Shown here piece after piece: positions 16,451-30,100 of a stretch of DNA of 64,000 bases; position 1 is the stretch's first letter; every line of letters starts with the position of its first letter. Both the position numbers and the translations under genes were made by a program. This stretch comes from Balanoglossus misakiensis. Taxonomy: Eukaryota > Animalia > Hemichordata. The stretch lies in NCBI GenBank assembly GCA_040954595.2, contig CM082586.2, forward strand, positions 7,347,337 to 7,411,336, in the 5' to 3' direction. Below the pieces are notes generated by a model. That model ran no database searches. It was not told the origin of the DNA and worked only from the letters and a program-made list of their open reading frames with translations.

Positions 16451-19400
16451 TTTTTAGCATTCACGGTACGACAACGGAAAGTAAAGCTTATGACGAGTGG
16501 AAGCGACAACGAATTGTTCGTTACGCAAATAACACATTGAGAAGTTCGAATGAAAGTGGTTCCGGTTACCATGATGAAGAAAACTGACCATTAATGTTGG
16601 CGACTTATTTGGTAAAATGGAAGAAAACTGGACACCAGTAGAAAGCAATTTCTTAGTCTCAGAGTCCCCGAATGTCCGAGCCCGCATGGCGCCGCCTCGG
16701 CCACTGTGTGAGTATGAAATATTTTACTAACTACAGTTTGAGATCAACTTCAGCCACACGATGTAGTGTGGTGTGGATGAACACTCGTCGCTTAAAGGGG
16801 TGCCGAAGTTCTGGTGATGATAGACAGTGAATTTGAGATGTCTGACAGCGGCAAACAGCGAGTTGCTTACTACCGTAGCTTCTAGGTTTGACATCTGGCA
16901 AGCCAGACTAGTCGACTTGTCTTTAAATTATAACTTCTTCAACTTGTTTTCTAATGTTGGCAACTTCAAAAAGCCGTGTGAACTTTTGATGTGTTTATGG
17001 ATGGTTTTATAATGCTGTTTTTATCGCTGAGCTGGTTTAATTCTTTTGGCAAACGCAAATAATTATTTATTGGCACCATAAGCAATAAAGTTATCATTAG
17101 ATATTTATTGGGTCTCTTGGTGTTGGTAATATTACTTCTGTCGAAGATTCAAACAAATACAATCCCTACCATACTGACAGATTGTCCCCATAAATGTCTA
17201 ATTTTAGCCTGTTGTCTACCAAAAATAGCCCAACGAGGTCGTTATCCGGTAATCAAGTCACCCGAGTCCAAGGAACGGCGAACGTGCGTGAAATTTATAA
17301 CAGCCAAATCAGTTTACCTGGTCTGCCGATTAAGAGAATTGTTGACAGATTCGTTGCCTGGTAACCAATACTGTGTGGCTTCGTCTGGGATGGGATTCTC
17401 CATGGACAACACTCTGTACGTGATGAGCAGTAACGAAAAATGGTAAGTGATGTTAGAGTTCTTGATCGGTGTAGTTAGACGTTTGTCAATTTCCTAAAAC
17501 CGGCCTTTGTCCAACTTGGATACAACATGTAGTTGCCACGACTCCAGTCAAGTATGATGCTGGTTAGGTCATCGCGACCTTGCCGCATTTTATATCAGCT
17601 ATGCTTGATGCGGTCAGTGACAGGTTATTAGTTTTGTGTTGTGTTCACCATCGAATCTCTAGGCTCTAGGAATACGAGATCTTTTTTTTAATGGGGTGTC
17701 GGGTTGCGGCTATCAATGTTCGCTGCCAGCAAAAAATAAGTCTCAATTGGTTGTTGTGTGCTGTACCACAAAAGAAAAAAATCAGTTTCCTTTTGTTACC
17801 AAACCGTGATGTAATGTCTCCCATAAAGGTTACGTCATCGTAACATTTTTGTGTCAAGCCTGACCTGCGGTTGAGACACCTGACACGTCAATATGCAAAA
17901 TAATAATTTCTATAACTATAACAATAGTGTTACCGCACTATTGTGGTTTCTGCGCGCATCTGCGCGTGGGTGAGCGTGAGCGCGTTTCTTGTGTGCATCC
18001 GTGGATATCGCCTATCTCCGTTGCACGGCAGGGATCGACCGGAGTCTGAGCCGTGCACAACGATAAAGAGACAATGATTGATCTTATCGCTCAGTATAGG
18101 AAGACTAATTGAACCTAATTTAATCCCGGTCATGAGACACAGTAATAAAGTAAAGCAAGAAGCCGGGTGCAACTTTATTTATAGATTCTATGTTTAAAAA
18201 TAACTTAAATGAGGGTTAATTTAGGATACGCGGCTTCCAGAGTCGTGCAGTCTGCAGTCTCAAAGGTCGCGCCAGTAACTGTTGGGTCGGTAATCAAACA
18301 CATCCCAGCCTTTATCGAGATCCCTATAAATGTGTGAACTTGGAAGATGACGAAGTTGTCGACATTTTGTTCAAAACTCCTTTTCGTGAAATATCCAGAC
18401 ATCAGTGACTATTGCATGTGCCATGATTACACTTTCTTATAAAAAAAATTCACATGGAAAAAGAAAACTATCCACAAAGCAGAAAGATAGGCCACCTAAA
18501 CTATATATACAGGGCGAAAAAATCACAGCAGTGAAAATGATGATACATGTATCAAGTTCTCTGAGAGAAAGGTTGATGTGCGCCTGCGTGAACTGAAGGT
18601 GACGCGACCTTTGAACGATGCAATCAATACCCCTTTTCTGAAAATTCAAGCAATTAATAGTGTATTCTTAGTGCGATCACCGAGTCGAAGAGTTAGATCC
18701 ACCCTCTAATGGAAGCTAAAACCCCCAGACTGTGGACGGGACACCCACCATTGTTGACGGTGTCCACATCAATGAGCAATCGACATATTTTGACACCGTT
18801 CGGTGACCTCCCCCGAGGGGAGTGTCGCGGGTTTGCCGTCCTTAACAGGTTTCCGTTTACCTAGGCCGGGTTAGGCTGTCTGCGGCTTACTTTTGGCCGA
18901 ATCTCATTTCATTAAATGAAATCTGAATAGGCCAAAGTTACAGCGTTACTGAAAAAGAACCACGTTGGCTTTTGGAGACTAAACATATTAAACGGATCGC
19001 GGCTTTTGCGCCGTAAAAGATCACCGTGTCACGTGACATCTCTTCAGACCGTGAGAGAATGACGCTAGCAAATATTTTAGCGTTGGACCACTTGTAAAAT
19101 GGCTAATCGCCCCAGCACCGGGTGATTTTCGCCCGCTGGGTTGACACACGGGCCGTGTTTTCTTTGCGAGCAAAATTCTCCACAATTGCCTCCCTTTGTT
19201 GGCGGGTATTGACACTTCCTACCGACAGAAAACCAAGTATGCCGGGAAGCGAGCGAAAATAAACGTTAAACAAAGCCCGGAACCCTGAAAAGCCGTTCTA
19301 CATGCAGGACGATGTTTGGAAACCCCAGATGTTTGGTCGGTCTTTTGGATTTCTTAAGTCAGCGTGAAGAGAGGTGGAATTTCCGAGCCTTTGAGCGGAA

Positions 19401-19814
19401 ATATGTTTATGGATTGCTTCTTCATCCATTTAGGTGCCAAGCAACGAAAACAACAAACAAACAAACAAATACACGCGTCTATCCGCGAATGATATGATGG
19501 CCGTAAAGCCTCTGTAACAAGTAGTTTACCTCCACGCCTCCACGTAGGCAAGAAACTGACTTGACCCATCCTTGTACGCTTACCCATTGCGGACACCTGG
19601 TACCACTACCAGCAGTGGTTCAAGACGATGGTGTAATTGCCATTTTTCTCTCATTTCTTTCTTCGACCTGGTAATTAACTTACCTTGAATGATATTGATT
19701 ATTGGACCTGATTTGGTGTCTGATTGATTTGCATTTGCTTATTGTAACGTGTAACCGTACACGCATCTTTCTGCTTCCGTCCGCCCGACCGTTTGCCTGT
19801 CTGTTAATATCCCG

Positions 19815-19872
<58 letters not shown>
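19815..19872. repeat. (GTCT)n microsatellite
   Basis: About 14 perfect tetranucleotide units. Confidence 0.95.
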
Positions 19873-22482
19873 TGGATTGATGATTGACTTTGTTTGCTTC
19901 ATTATGAAACTTCAGCTTTCCCCCAAAATACCAGTGCGTCGCTTCTATAAAAGCTCCAACACCTCGGGTATTTATTTTGTCTCGCAAAAGCGCAATTACG
20001 TGCATTCATTTGCGATTTCACACTCCAAAGGAGCCGTCCCCCGACTAAAATGCAAACTGCCGTTTAGGTGTACTTAGTATAAACCGAACAACCAGCGGGT
20101 GTCATTCATGTTTTGCTCGGACAAACCTTTGATTCGTCCCGTAGGTTGTGGCCAGTGTTTTGTTGTCACTGTGCTCGCAAATTGGTCCCCAAGGTTGAGA
20201 AAATAGAATATTGCATTGTAATGAACCGCTGGGAGAAATATTTCATGTCTGGGCGATTCGACGTGTTTACTGTTGGGCAGATCACAATAGGCAATCACGC
20301 ATGCCCGAGCGAACCGAAAATTAAATTAAAAGTCTAAAAGTCTGTGGAAACAGTAACGTTTATCAAGTACTGTGGAATGCCACGATGTGACGAAATCACG
20401 ACTTTCCCTTATCCTGGTGTTCTAGAGTAATGTTAAAGACAATAAAAAAACACGGTATTTCACATGTCCCAGTTTTTGTTTCGGAGACAGTGGTGTTTGA
20501 CCCAACTTTGAGAATTAATTCATAAACTATGCTAATATTTTACGGTCATTTCAGGGATAAAGAGTACCGATTTAAATGCTTGCGTTACTCGTGACTTTTG
20601 GAATGAATTTAGGCGAAGAATAACAATCAACAATACGGCTCAGCGCCGGAAATGATGAACATTTCTCAGAGTTAATTAATCGCATGGTGTTCAGAAAGAA
20701 ATCACCAAAACGCATGTACAATTGTTCACACACAAAAAATCAACATGGTAGTGCCGGTTTGTAATATCTATGGTTTTCTCCGAATGTCGTCCCACAAAGT
20801 AACACATTAGTTGTAGATTAATCGGTGACGTCGTCATAGTGTTCTAGGTCACGCGGAAATGAACTTGAGGGTGATTAAAAGCCGCGGCAGGGTTCCGGGT
20901 TCAACAGGTGGTTTCAGGGCGACACGTTCAAGTTCGTGCAGGCCTTCAATTTGACATCCTGATCGATATGAGCGAAACGGACGCCGCGCGGAGCAAAGGC
21001 CGCTTGCTGATTAGAACTAGTTAAAGCTGTGTCCTACAAAAAATGCAGCGTCCTGTTGTGGCACCGAGTCAAAAGTTGTAGCGTCCGGCACTTGACTGGT
21101 GAGATATGTTGAAATCGAGCGGGGATTCTCGTTCCTGTGAACTTTGGAAGTACGCACCACAACACTTTTTTTTAAGTAGGGGAGTCGTAATCTAATGGTT
21201 GAGTCTCTTCGAGAGTCCCGAGTAAAGCACAATGCCACGAACTCGACTAAAATCCTTTTCACAAGCGAAGATCAAATTTGAAGGGCATTGACTTATGACG
21301 TATGCGGCTTTAAAATGTCTACATCGGAATATTCATGACGTCAACAGAGAAAAATTCCGAGGGCATCATAATGCCATTTCGTCTCAATTCGCGTGGACGA
21401 TAGCGCCCTACGGGTGCCCGCGACACACTGAAAAACAACGGTCTAATTACAGTGGTAAATAGGACCATAAACCTCCCTAGGGTCTGTACGCATTGTGTCA
21501 AGTCCACTCTAATAAAATTAGGTAATGGTTCCATTCTGCTCTGTAGGTGGAAAAACAATGCAAGGAGAGCGCGTCACCCATTATTTTCAGTTCAAGTGAG
21601 TTGATTCTATTTGACCGACAATTTCTGGTTTCCTGTTGACAATCAGAACCGCAAAAGTTATTCTGTTACTTCTTAGAAAAGATTTGTTCTTTCGGGCAAT
21701 TTAAACTTGACCGCGTCCGGCATTCTTAGAATTATCAAAGTAATAGTAATTTGACGACAATGCAAATCTTACCATGTCATATCACATTAAAGACGACGCG
21801 ATAGGAAGTTACTAAATGAAAAAAAGAATATTTAGGGCCGCCGCTTTTTCACGGATCTTTTGAAAGTCCAATACCTTAATTAAACTGTGTATACATTTTT
21901 TTTTCTCAATCATATACTAGTATCGTTTTGGCCATTCTCCTGGACGTTACAGTGTACAATAGAACAGTTGCGAGTTCCGTCTCAGCTGAGTCTTGGCTAC
22001 CTTTTATCTTTACTATTAGCGCCCTCACATACCAATTTTGCAAAGAGCTTTTGTTTTTATTCAGCAGTTCCTACTTATTTTCTAACGTATACGTTGAACT
22101 TCACCAGGACGGTCTTCAAGGAGTGACGCGTTCTCGTTGTTGATTCTTCCCGATAATGTAGACTTAGACCTAGGAAAGGTTAAATCATATGTTCGGGGAT
22201 TATTTCCTGATGGGCGCATCACAACCTAGGACGTCAAATAAATTCAGTGGGTGTCTAGATAAACGTTATATGAACGTAATTGGTGGTAACTGAACACAAT
22301 ATTGGTCAGACAATTGTCCGCCTTTAACGTTTGTAAATAAACGTCTGCATATTAAATTCAAAATATTAGAATATAAAATATTTGTAATATCATAATACAG
22401 ACCAACACATAAACATAGTCAGTAAACAGTCATATCCAGTTGCACGGTTTCATTAATGATACGGTCACGAAAAAGAAAAGTA

Positions 22483-25400
22483 TTAGGTAGCACGTCTCCT
22501 TGCATACCTTGTAGTGACGTCATCCATGGACTCCGGAAGATCCTGATTCAACGTCTCGGGAAGAAAGAGAGCCATAAAGGCAGCAAACGCCACCAGGGAA
22601 CTTAGGATGACGAAAGGCAGAAGGTAGATGACGTACATGAGGGCGATGATGTAGGGCACCACTATTCCACCAAAACTCGCCAGCGCCATGCCCAGTCCTA
22701 CCGCGACATTTCTGGGGGGGGGGGGGGGTTGAAATGAATATGTATAAGAGCAGAATCGTATAAATCACTTTTTGGAAAGTGCCTCTATAGAAAAAAGTGA
22801 GGTTTCAAGTTTGGAATTTAGTTCTTCTTTCAGGCGCACAAATTAAGCCAAATAGTCCTGGACTCGCCTGCCGACAAAATGCTTCTTTGTTCGACCAGGG
22901 CTGAAACCGCGCAGAAAGAATTATACCACATACCTTACTGACGTAGGATATAACTCTGCCGAGAAGCCATAGCAAGCCAAGAATGCTATGAAGATGGGTA
23001 TCTTTGTCATGACAAAGAAGAATATTTTAACTGCCTCGTTTTCTGTGTTCATGAAAAAAAGTCAAGTATGTAAACGCGACAATCTCTGTGCACAAATTGA
23101 AACCAGAATAGATCGCGTGGTCTGTCGTGATAGAATTACGCTGTCACATTAGAATCTGTTGATTTCAAGTCTTATGAGTTGTTCCAGTCAGGTGCAACCA
23201 TTTCAACAAAACAAAGTAGCCAATCACAGCGAAGCAGACGACAAGCTTAATCGTCCAAATAAATATGCTTACTTCTACTTTCCAACATGTAGTAAGAGTT
23301 GATCCACGTGATAGTCAGCGTGCCATAATGTGAAATGCGTTTTTGCCGTATATATGAACACTGTGTGGTATTATATTAAAAGTTTTCAACGCAATTTGCA
23401 TAAACATGTAAACGCATGCGCAATGAGACTGTAGAAACTTTAAAAAACTGTACCTACCGACTATTCCAACGATGGCCCAGCAGATACTGCTCAACAGCAT
23501 GGTGGAAAATAAAATCCATCTCCGGGGGAGGTACTGCAGCATCAACCAACTCAACACGTAGACAATGAAATCGCCAACGCTGAGCAATGTCAAAACCAGT
23601 GACACTTTCTCTGATATAAAATCGATGTTGTACGAGGCACCATAATACAGTGCGCCGATTGCAAACCTGTCAGAAACGAGAACCATCAAACTAGTTTGTA
23701 ATCTTCTAAAAAAATCGACATAGCTAGGCGAGTATGTAATGCTAGTCACGGTAAGTCTCATTTCAACGTGCTTTGTGTACAGTTTTCTGTCGAAAAGATT
23801 CGCTCCTAGATTAAGTAATCCTAGATGACGAGAATGCTTGATTCTTTGAGAAAACGTAGAGAGTACGTACTAGGTTGTTTATTAGTAATACGGATTTCAT
23901 GCGGAACTATACAACATATGAAAATATTTCAGTCCTTACCAAGATAGCGATATACCTATTGTACGCCACCTCAGCTCTGGTTGCGTGAAGAGTTGCAGAA
24001 TACCAGAGCGCTCATTGTCAATACCGATTTCGTCCTAAAAAAAGAAAACGAATAGTTCTGTAATTATAACCGTGACGTAGTACAAAATCTGGAGTATACG
24101 AGTCGGTATTTCCACGCAACGAAAATAAATGAAGACACGCACACTTTTTCGAGGAGGTTCCAATGTTCCAATTTTATAAGTGGTTTTGTTCCACTTGGCG
24201 ATTTTCTGGAAAAGCTTTTCCGCTTCTTCCAGTCTTCCTTGATGAACTAACCATCTTGGCGATTCATCGATCAACCTATTACATAAGAACACAAAAACCC
24301 TATTAATTGGCCTATCGCACCGTAAATAAATGGACGCCTTAAAATTACACTGAACAGTTAGAGGCAATGCCTTGGAGTTGCTGTAATGATACAATATGAA
24401 CCTTTTTTCCTGCATTTTCTTCGGAGACCCTTTTATTAACATCACAGGAAAATATACAACATAGGCACCGAAAAGCGCCTATAAACGACTTGCAAAATCT
24501 AATTTCGAATGAAAATGCAAAATCCAGCTCACCAATGATAAGGCAGGAACGGTAGACACGTGACTGTAACAACCAATTGAATGGTCCTCCAGTCGCCCAT
24601 GACAGCCTGGGATACCCCGGCTATTATCAACTCGGAAAATGGGTGGGTCAGGGTACATACTATGAGCGCCAATGGCCTGGTTTTTGTGGTGACCATTTCA
24701 ACAGCTGCTTGAATGGAAAAACAAAAGAACATCGTGAAAGCCGGTCAACTGTTCTGTTCGTGAGCCATTGTCTATAGATGTCTAATGACCAATCTGTTGT
24801 TGTCAACGGGATTCGGGTCTGGACTTGAATTCGATTTTCAGCTGAATGTGACTATATACAACCCGTGCACTGGTATAGGCCGTGTTGAAATCTAAATACT
24901 AATCATTTCAAGGTACTTCAGACAGTCGAACGAGAAAATGTAAATGATAATTTTCACACCAGAAATAATGAACTCGCAGCACCGACGTCACAGCTAAGTA
25001 CAACACGTGACACGAACACTAACCTATGATGTGGCCGACTGTGTAAATTGCCGATGAAGCGATCCCCATCAAAAATTGGCAGACGACGAACATGTAGAAA
25101 TATGGCGACAGGAACATCAAAATATTGAATAACAAAGTTATCACTAAGGTAACGTAGAAGACAGGCTTCCTGCCATATCTGCAAAATATACCGAACACAA
25201 TCAAATTAAACCCCAGAATTCCCACAATACACGCGTTTTCATTTCCATAACGTTAAAGAGACAACGTCTCTCTCTCTCTCGCTACATGTTTTCATTAGTT
25301 ATGTTTGATACAAGACACCGTTTATGTTATTCTACAAGTGGATATATAGTGAATCAACGTTCAACCCCACAGAACTTCCACCCCACTTGTAGGCACGGTC

Positions 25401-26593
25401 TCTACCATTTATTCATTTTGGCGAGATTTTTACTCTCATATCCTACAAACGGGATGGAAGTTGTGTGAGGTGGAATGTTGATTCACTATATATCCACATG
25501 TGGAATAAAATAAATGGTGTCTTGTATCAAACAAAATTATTGGGAAAAGGGCAGCGAGAGATAGACTTTGTTCCTTTAACGTTAACGTATAGAGACATAG
25601 AAGCATATTTTAAGAATACATCAGGTATTTAGACATGTAAAGTTCACCTTGCGGATATGTCGGCGTAGTATGTACCCAGAGTACAAGAAAACCGATTTAT
25701 ATGCCTAATAATAAAAAGTCTCAAATCTACGAGACTTGTAAACACGCCAACATCTCTAAATTCATAGTTCCCGGTAAATTCAAATGAATCCTAAACTTAG
25801 TACATGTAGATGTGAACGTGAACCAAAGCACAGTTAAATGTTGTCGTCCCTCAATTTTAAAATCGCATGGCTGATAATGGGGTGGTTACTCACGTGTCGC
25901 TGAGCGAACCAAGCAGCAAAGATCCGAGTAATTTTGCGAGCGCATAAGTTGATTTACACAGTTGTTGCAACCAGAGTTTGTCGCACACCAAGTCAAACTG
26001 TTAACGGAAAAATATCATAGATACGTACGTCCGTTCATTAACCCGTATATGTTGTTGCAATTAATCCTGTCCAAATCAAACTTTTCGAGTGCTAGGTTGA
26101 CTCCTTGACTTTCAAATATGCACGCCCATGTTTAATACGGACACAGTCATGGTTCTCCAACTGAACCTGTAACGGAGAATATTTCTAGACCTACCTCCAT
26201 CGTCATTGTATTCGAAAACAACGATCGGTCAAACACCCAGCCGTGATCGCACGGACGCACTGTCTTCGGAGAAATAGACGCCCCACCGGGGAAACTTCCA
26301 TTGAATGTACCGGCATACATAATCGATTCATTCAAATTGTACCTGTAGCATTTCTCCCAGGTGGTGTGGTTTTCGTGACGAGTTCTTGGAATAGTGGCCC
26401 TTTTTAGCAGCGAGTCGGACTCATAGGTTTGACCGTCATACACACGGCAGTAATGGTCAGATGATACGCCATAAAAAGTGTTGACCTGACCAAACCACGC
26501 GTAGGGGGTGATAGTGAAGGCGATTAGAGCCATATTGATAATCTGGTACCTCCCCATATCACCAATTGACTTTAGCGTTTCCTCTACAACCAT
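22483..26593 (-). CDS. SLC22 family organic cation/anion transporter (MFS), 534 aa
   Basis: Exons 26593-26195, 25997-25894, 25178-25024, 24704-24533, 24275-24143, 24034-23940, 23666-23458, 23042-22934, 22711-22483 join in frame (1605 nt). Motifs: IGDMGRYQ, CDHGWVFDRS, EFDLVCD, LSDTYGRK, ESPRWL, AELYPTSVRN, FLPET...LPES. Confidence 0.95.
25253..25579. mobile_element. Fold-back MITE family D, TTAA-flanked (Kolobok/T2-like)
   Basis: TTAA|AG...CCT|TTAA with about 120-bp inverted arms (TTTGATACAAGACACC...GGTGTCTTGTATCAAA). Second copy at 61369-61728. Confidence 0.85.
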
Positions 26594-27145
26594 CTTTAAA
26601 CAAGCAAGCTCAATGCGAAACCGTCCTTTTCTGAGAAAAAATCACTAGTGTTGACTACTGACCACGCTAATAATTATTCACAATAGCTATTATCATATTC
26701 ATTGTATTTTTCTTGAGCTATTAATAGCTCGATAAAGCAAAAATCACGAGATAGGGAAAGTAATTACATTTTAGAATTGCATTGAATCAGACACGTTTAG
26801 AACACTCGCAAATCTATTTTTGGTTGCAAACATGTACCAGAGTGCACGGACAAAAAAAATCAAGTAGTCCATCGGATTGCAGTTTCTGGCCTTTGAGAGG
26901 TATTGGTACGATTAGCACTTTAATTAGCGGGGACTGTGACAGTACGGATGACGTGTTGACGACAAAATGCATACAAGACACCGATGAGTAAGTGTTGTCT
27001 GTTTAGGGTTTATTTTGTGATTGTCGATTGTGCAGAAGGTATTACAATAAATGCTTCTGTATTTGCTCCTTTTCCGAACTGTGGAAGGTTTCCCTCACCG
27101 AGGAGAGATTACAGTATCCTCCCTTCACTGTTAGTTTATTAGCGC

Positions 27146-30100
27146 TTATCTCTTCCTGCATTTTCTTTTGATCGCACACGCCACAATTCGTAGCGTGTCG
27201 AAAACAAATTCGAGAAACTCGACCAGAGTGACTAATGACACGCCGACGAAGAGACCCAGAGATCCACCGAGGTCCGAAAACAAACTGAAAAACTGAGAAA
27301 CAGAAAGAGAGAGAGTAACAATATTAGCATTAACGTATATTATTCTCGCTACCTGAAATAGGTTTTTGCTCCCTAGGTGAGTCATGAAAATCTCATATGG
27401 TCGAAACAATTTCAATATGGCCGATTTTTGCCATGTTTAAGAAATGGAAGTTCATAAGCTAAAGTGATACTGAGTCATTCTGAAACTGAGACAGAATAAA
27501 ATAACAACATGTAAAACAGCTGAATGAGTTTAATATGCTAACGACAAAGACAGAAATTGTTGACCAAAGAATGGCATGGGAATATTTGACCGAAGGAGCA
27601 ACTATGTTTTCATGGTAACACGGCTTACAAGGTTTTATAACTTACCTTGTACCCTTCTGTTTCAGCCATATACTCTGAACTTAAATCCTCGTAATAAACG
27701 ACAATCTTCAACAAGTTTGCCCTGAAAGTAGAAGAATAAAGACATGGCATGATTTAGACTCTCACAGCCCACGGTTCGCTACAAGACTCGCTGACGCGCC
27801 CTCAACCATTTACCAACCATTTACCAAAGAGAAGCCCCATATGGTGTTGTGTAGCCGTGGCACCATGTAATCAGACTATAAGCCTGCATGGACGGCGAGA
27901 GGGTTTGTGAGAATCTTATCTCAGTTTCTGTGTTTTCTCCTTAATTACACAACACAGGTATTAATTAATGTCGGTATTACAGCTGGTACGAATCAGTAGC
28001 AGAAAAAAAAACTAGATGGAAAAACAGCGGACGCGATATACATTTTCTATCCCACCGTTTCCAGGCAAACATACATGTACATGTAAATATGCCCGATTGA
28101 AACTAAACAACAGACAAATAACAAATAACTCCGCAGACAAATAACAGACACATAACTCCGCCCTACCTGATTTTCTCTTTGTCGTTGGCAAAACGAGTCT
28201 TCATCGCCCTCTGTTTTAGTATGTTTGTGACTGTTTTCTATTGGAAGAGAGAGTTTAGAATCACGTGATTCACAGAGACCAATCACAGAACGTGGACTTG
28301 CACGGTCGATTTAGTGTGGTTGTATTTTTTGACTATGTGTGAAGAGCTTCACGAACTATAGTTCGGCCGAATTTTAATATAAACTTTGAACGCGTATTTG
28401 TAGCCTACATGCTCAATTCAACGAAAATACCAAGAGTTCACTGACCTCGGCTTGTTCGGACGGCCATTTTGATAACGACAACCTGGTTCCAAATACCACA
28501 TCCCTTGTTAAGGAAGCAATTGAAATTTACGTAAGAATCATTAACATAAGTGTAGTGAGCCCGGAAAAACGCGGTCGGGGGAGAGGGCAAAAACATGAGG
28601 GACTGTGCAAAAAAGCTGAATTTTCATACTTACAGACATGCTTGAGAACACTTGCACGGAATATCACCAGTTTGAAACAGGAAATAAACCAGCTGACGGC
28701 ACATTTCTGTAAAAAAACAACGATTGTCCTGAGAAGTTATTTCATATTTTGTTTCAAATGTAGATACCCATTTCAGTCAGACTACATGTATTTCACGGCT
28801 CTGTCGTATCTAATGGCTGTCTTTGTCAAAGTAGTTCAGACAAAATGAAAAATGAGGAAAAGTCTACCACGATAGGGAAATCATCATAGTTATAACTCTT
28901 CTGTGTTTTGAAACTTGACACTGCGCACGTTGCTGAAACGACTATTGCGCATGACTGTAATCGTCTTGTCATGAACATATGCAACACCCTTACCTTGTGT
29001 CCTGTTCAAGATGGCGCATGTTGGCACAAGATCGTCTGTTGCTAGGTGAGAATCGGTGCATCCACAGTGTGCAAACATTTGACGTTGGATGCAAGAGTTC
29101 TGACATAGCTGCAAACAACAAAAACGTTGTGAGAAAAATGTTGCTCATCTCAGTACTGAGAACGGCAAGTCTCTAAAGACGATATCATGACCGATAATGT
29201 TATTTTTAGGTAACGACAATTTTGGCAGGTTGCAATGGATGATGGGTAACAGGCTGTTTCAGAAAATATTTGTGGATCGTGCTCACCAGTTCAGAATATC
29301 GATGGTCGCCATATTGTCTTATCCAATCTAAGTCGCCCTCATGGTCCGAACATTTACCGTAAGGCTCGGGTAGACGGGTGATAATTCGCTGAACGGTAAC
29401 AAAATGAACTTAGTTATTCAAATAGAAACAACAGATGCTCCCATATACTATGTACATTTACATTGTACCTACATTCTTGACTGGTACCCCTCCCCCTTCC
29501 TTCTCTGCCATTGCCTCTCTCCAGATCTGGTTGACAGACTGTCTGTCTATCGGTATGTCTGTTTGCCTGGCTCCCTCTGTATCACTATCTCTGTCTCTAT
29601 ACTCTATCACCCCCTGCCTGTCTCTGTCTCTCCGTGTTTCCATGTCCCCCACTGTCTTCCCCCTCCCTCCCCCTACTAACCTTCCTGATACCGATTGACG
29701 TTTTCATTCCTGGGGGCGCTGTCACTCCTCTGTCTTGCGGCTGTGGAATCGTGCCCTGTCGGTGGACAGCGACCCGTATCCCGGACTCTTGGCCGTATAT
29801 GTCAGTGTACTCGCTCTGTTCTGTTAACAATATCAACTCCAGTCCTGTGGTTGTAAATTTACCGTTTCTGAATTCCAGTCCATTAAAACAACGAACATTG
29901 TTCCAGAGAAAACGTCAGAACCTCACTTGCTTTCCTATATTAAACGCCTGGTGACATTTTCTGGGCTTGGAGAAATGCTGATTTATGGCCAAGGTTAGAT
30001 GTGACGTGCATATTAAACCACTCACTGTACATATAGCCATCGAGACTTCATAAATTGTTGTATTTTCACGTCTTAATCACGTCTGACGTCATTGTTATTG

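Noticed and set aside
28504-28516. TTCCTTAAC U12-like branch sequence before an ENaC acceptor
   Set aside because: Too close to the AG, and the matching donor is GTAAGT (U2 type).
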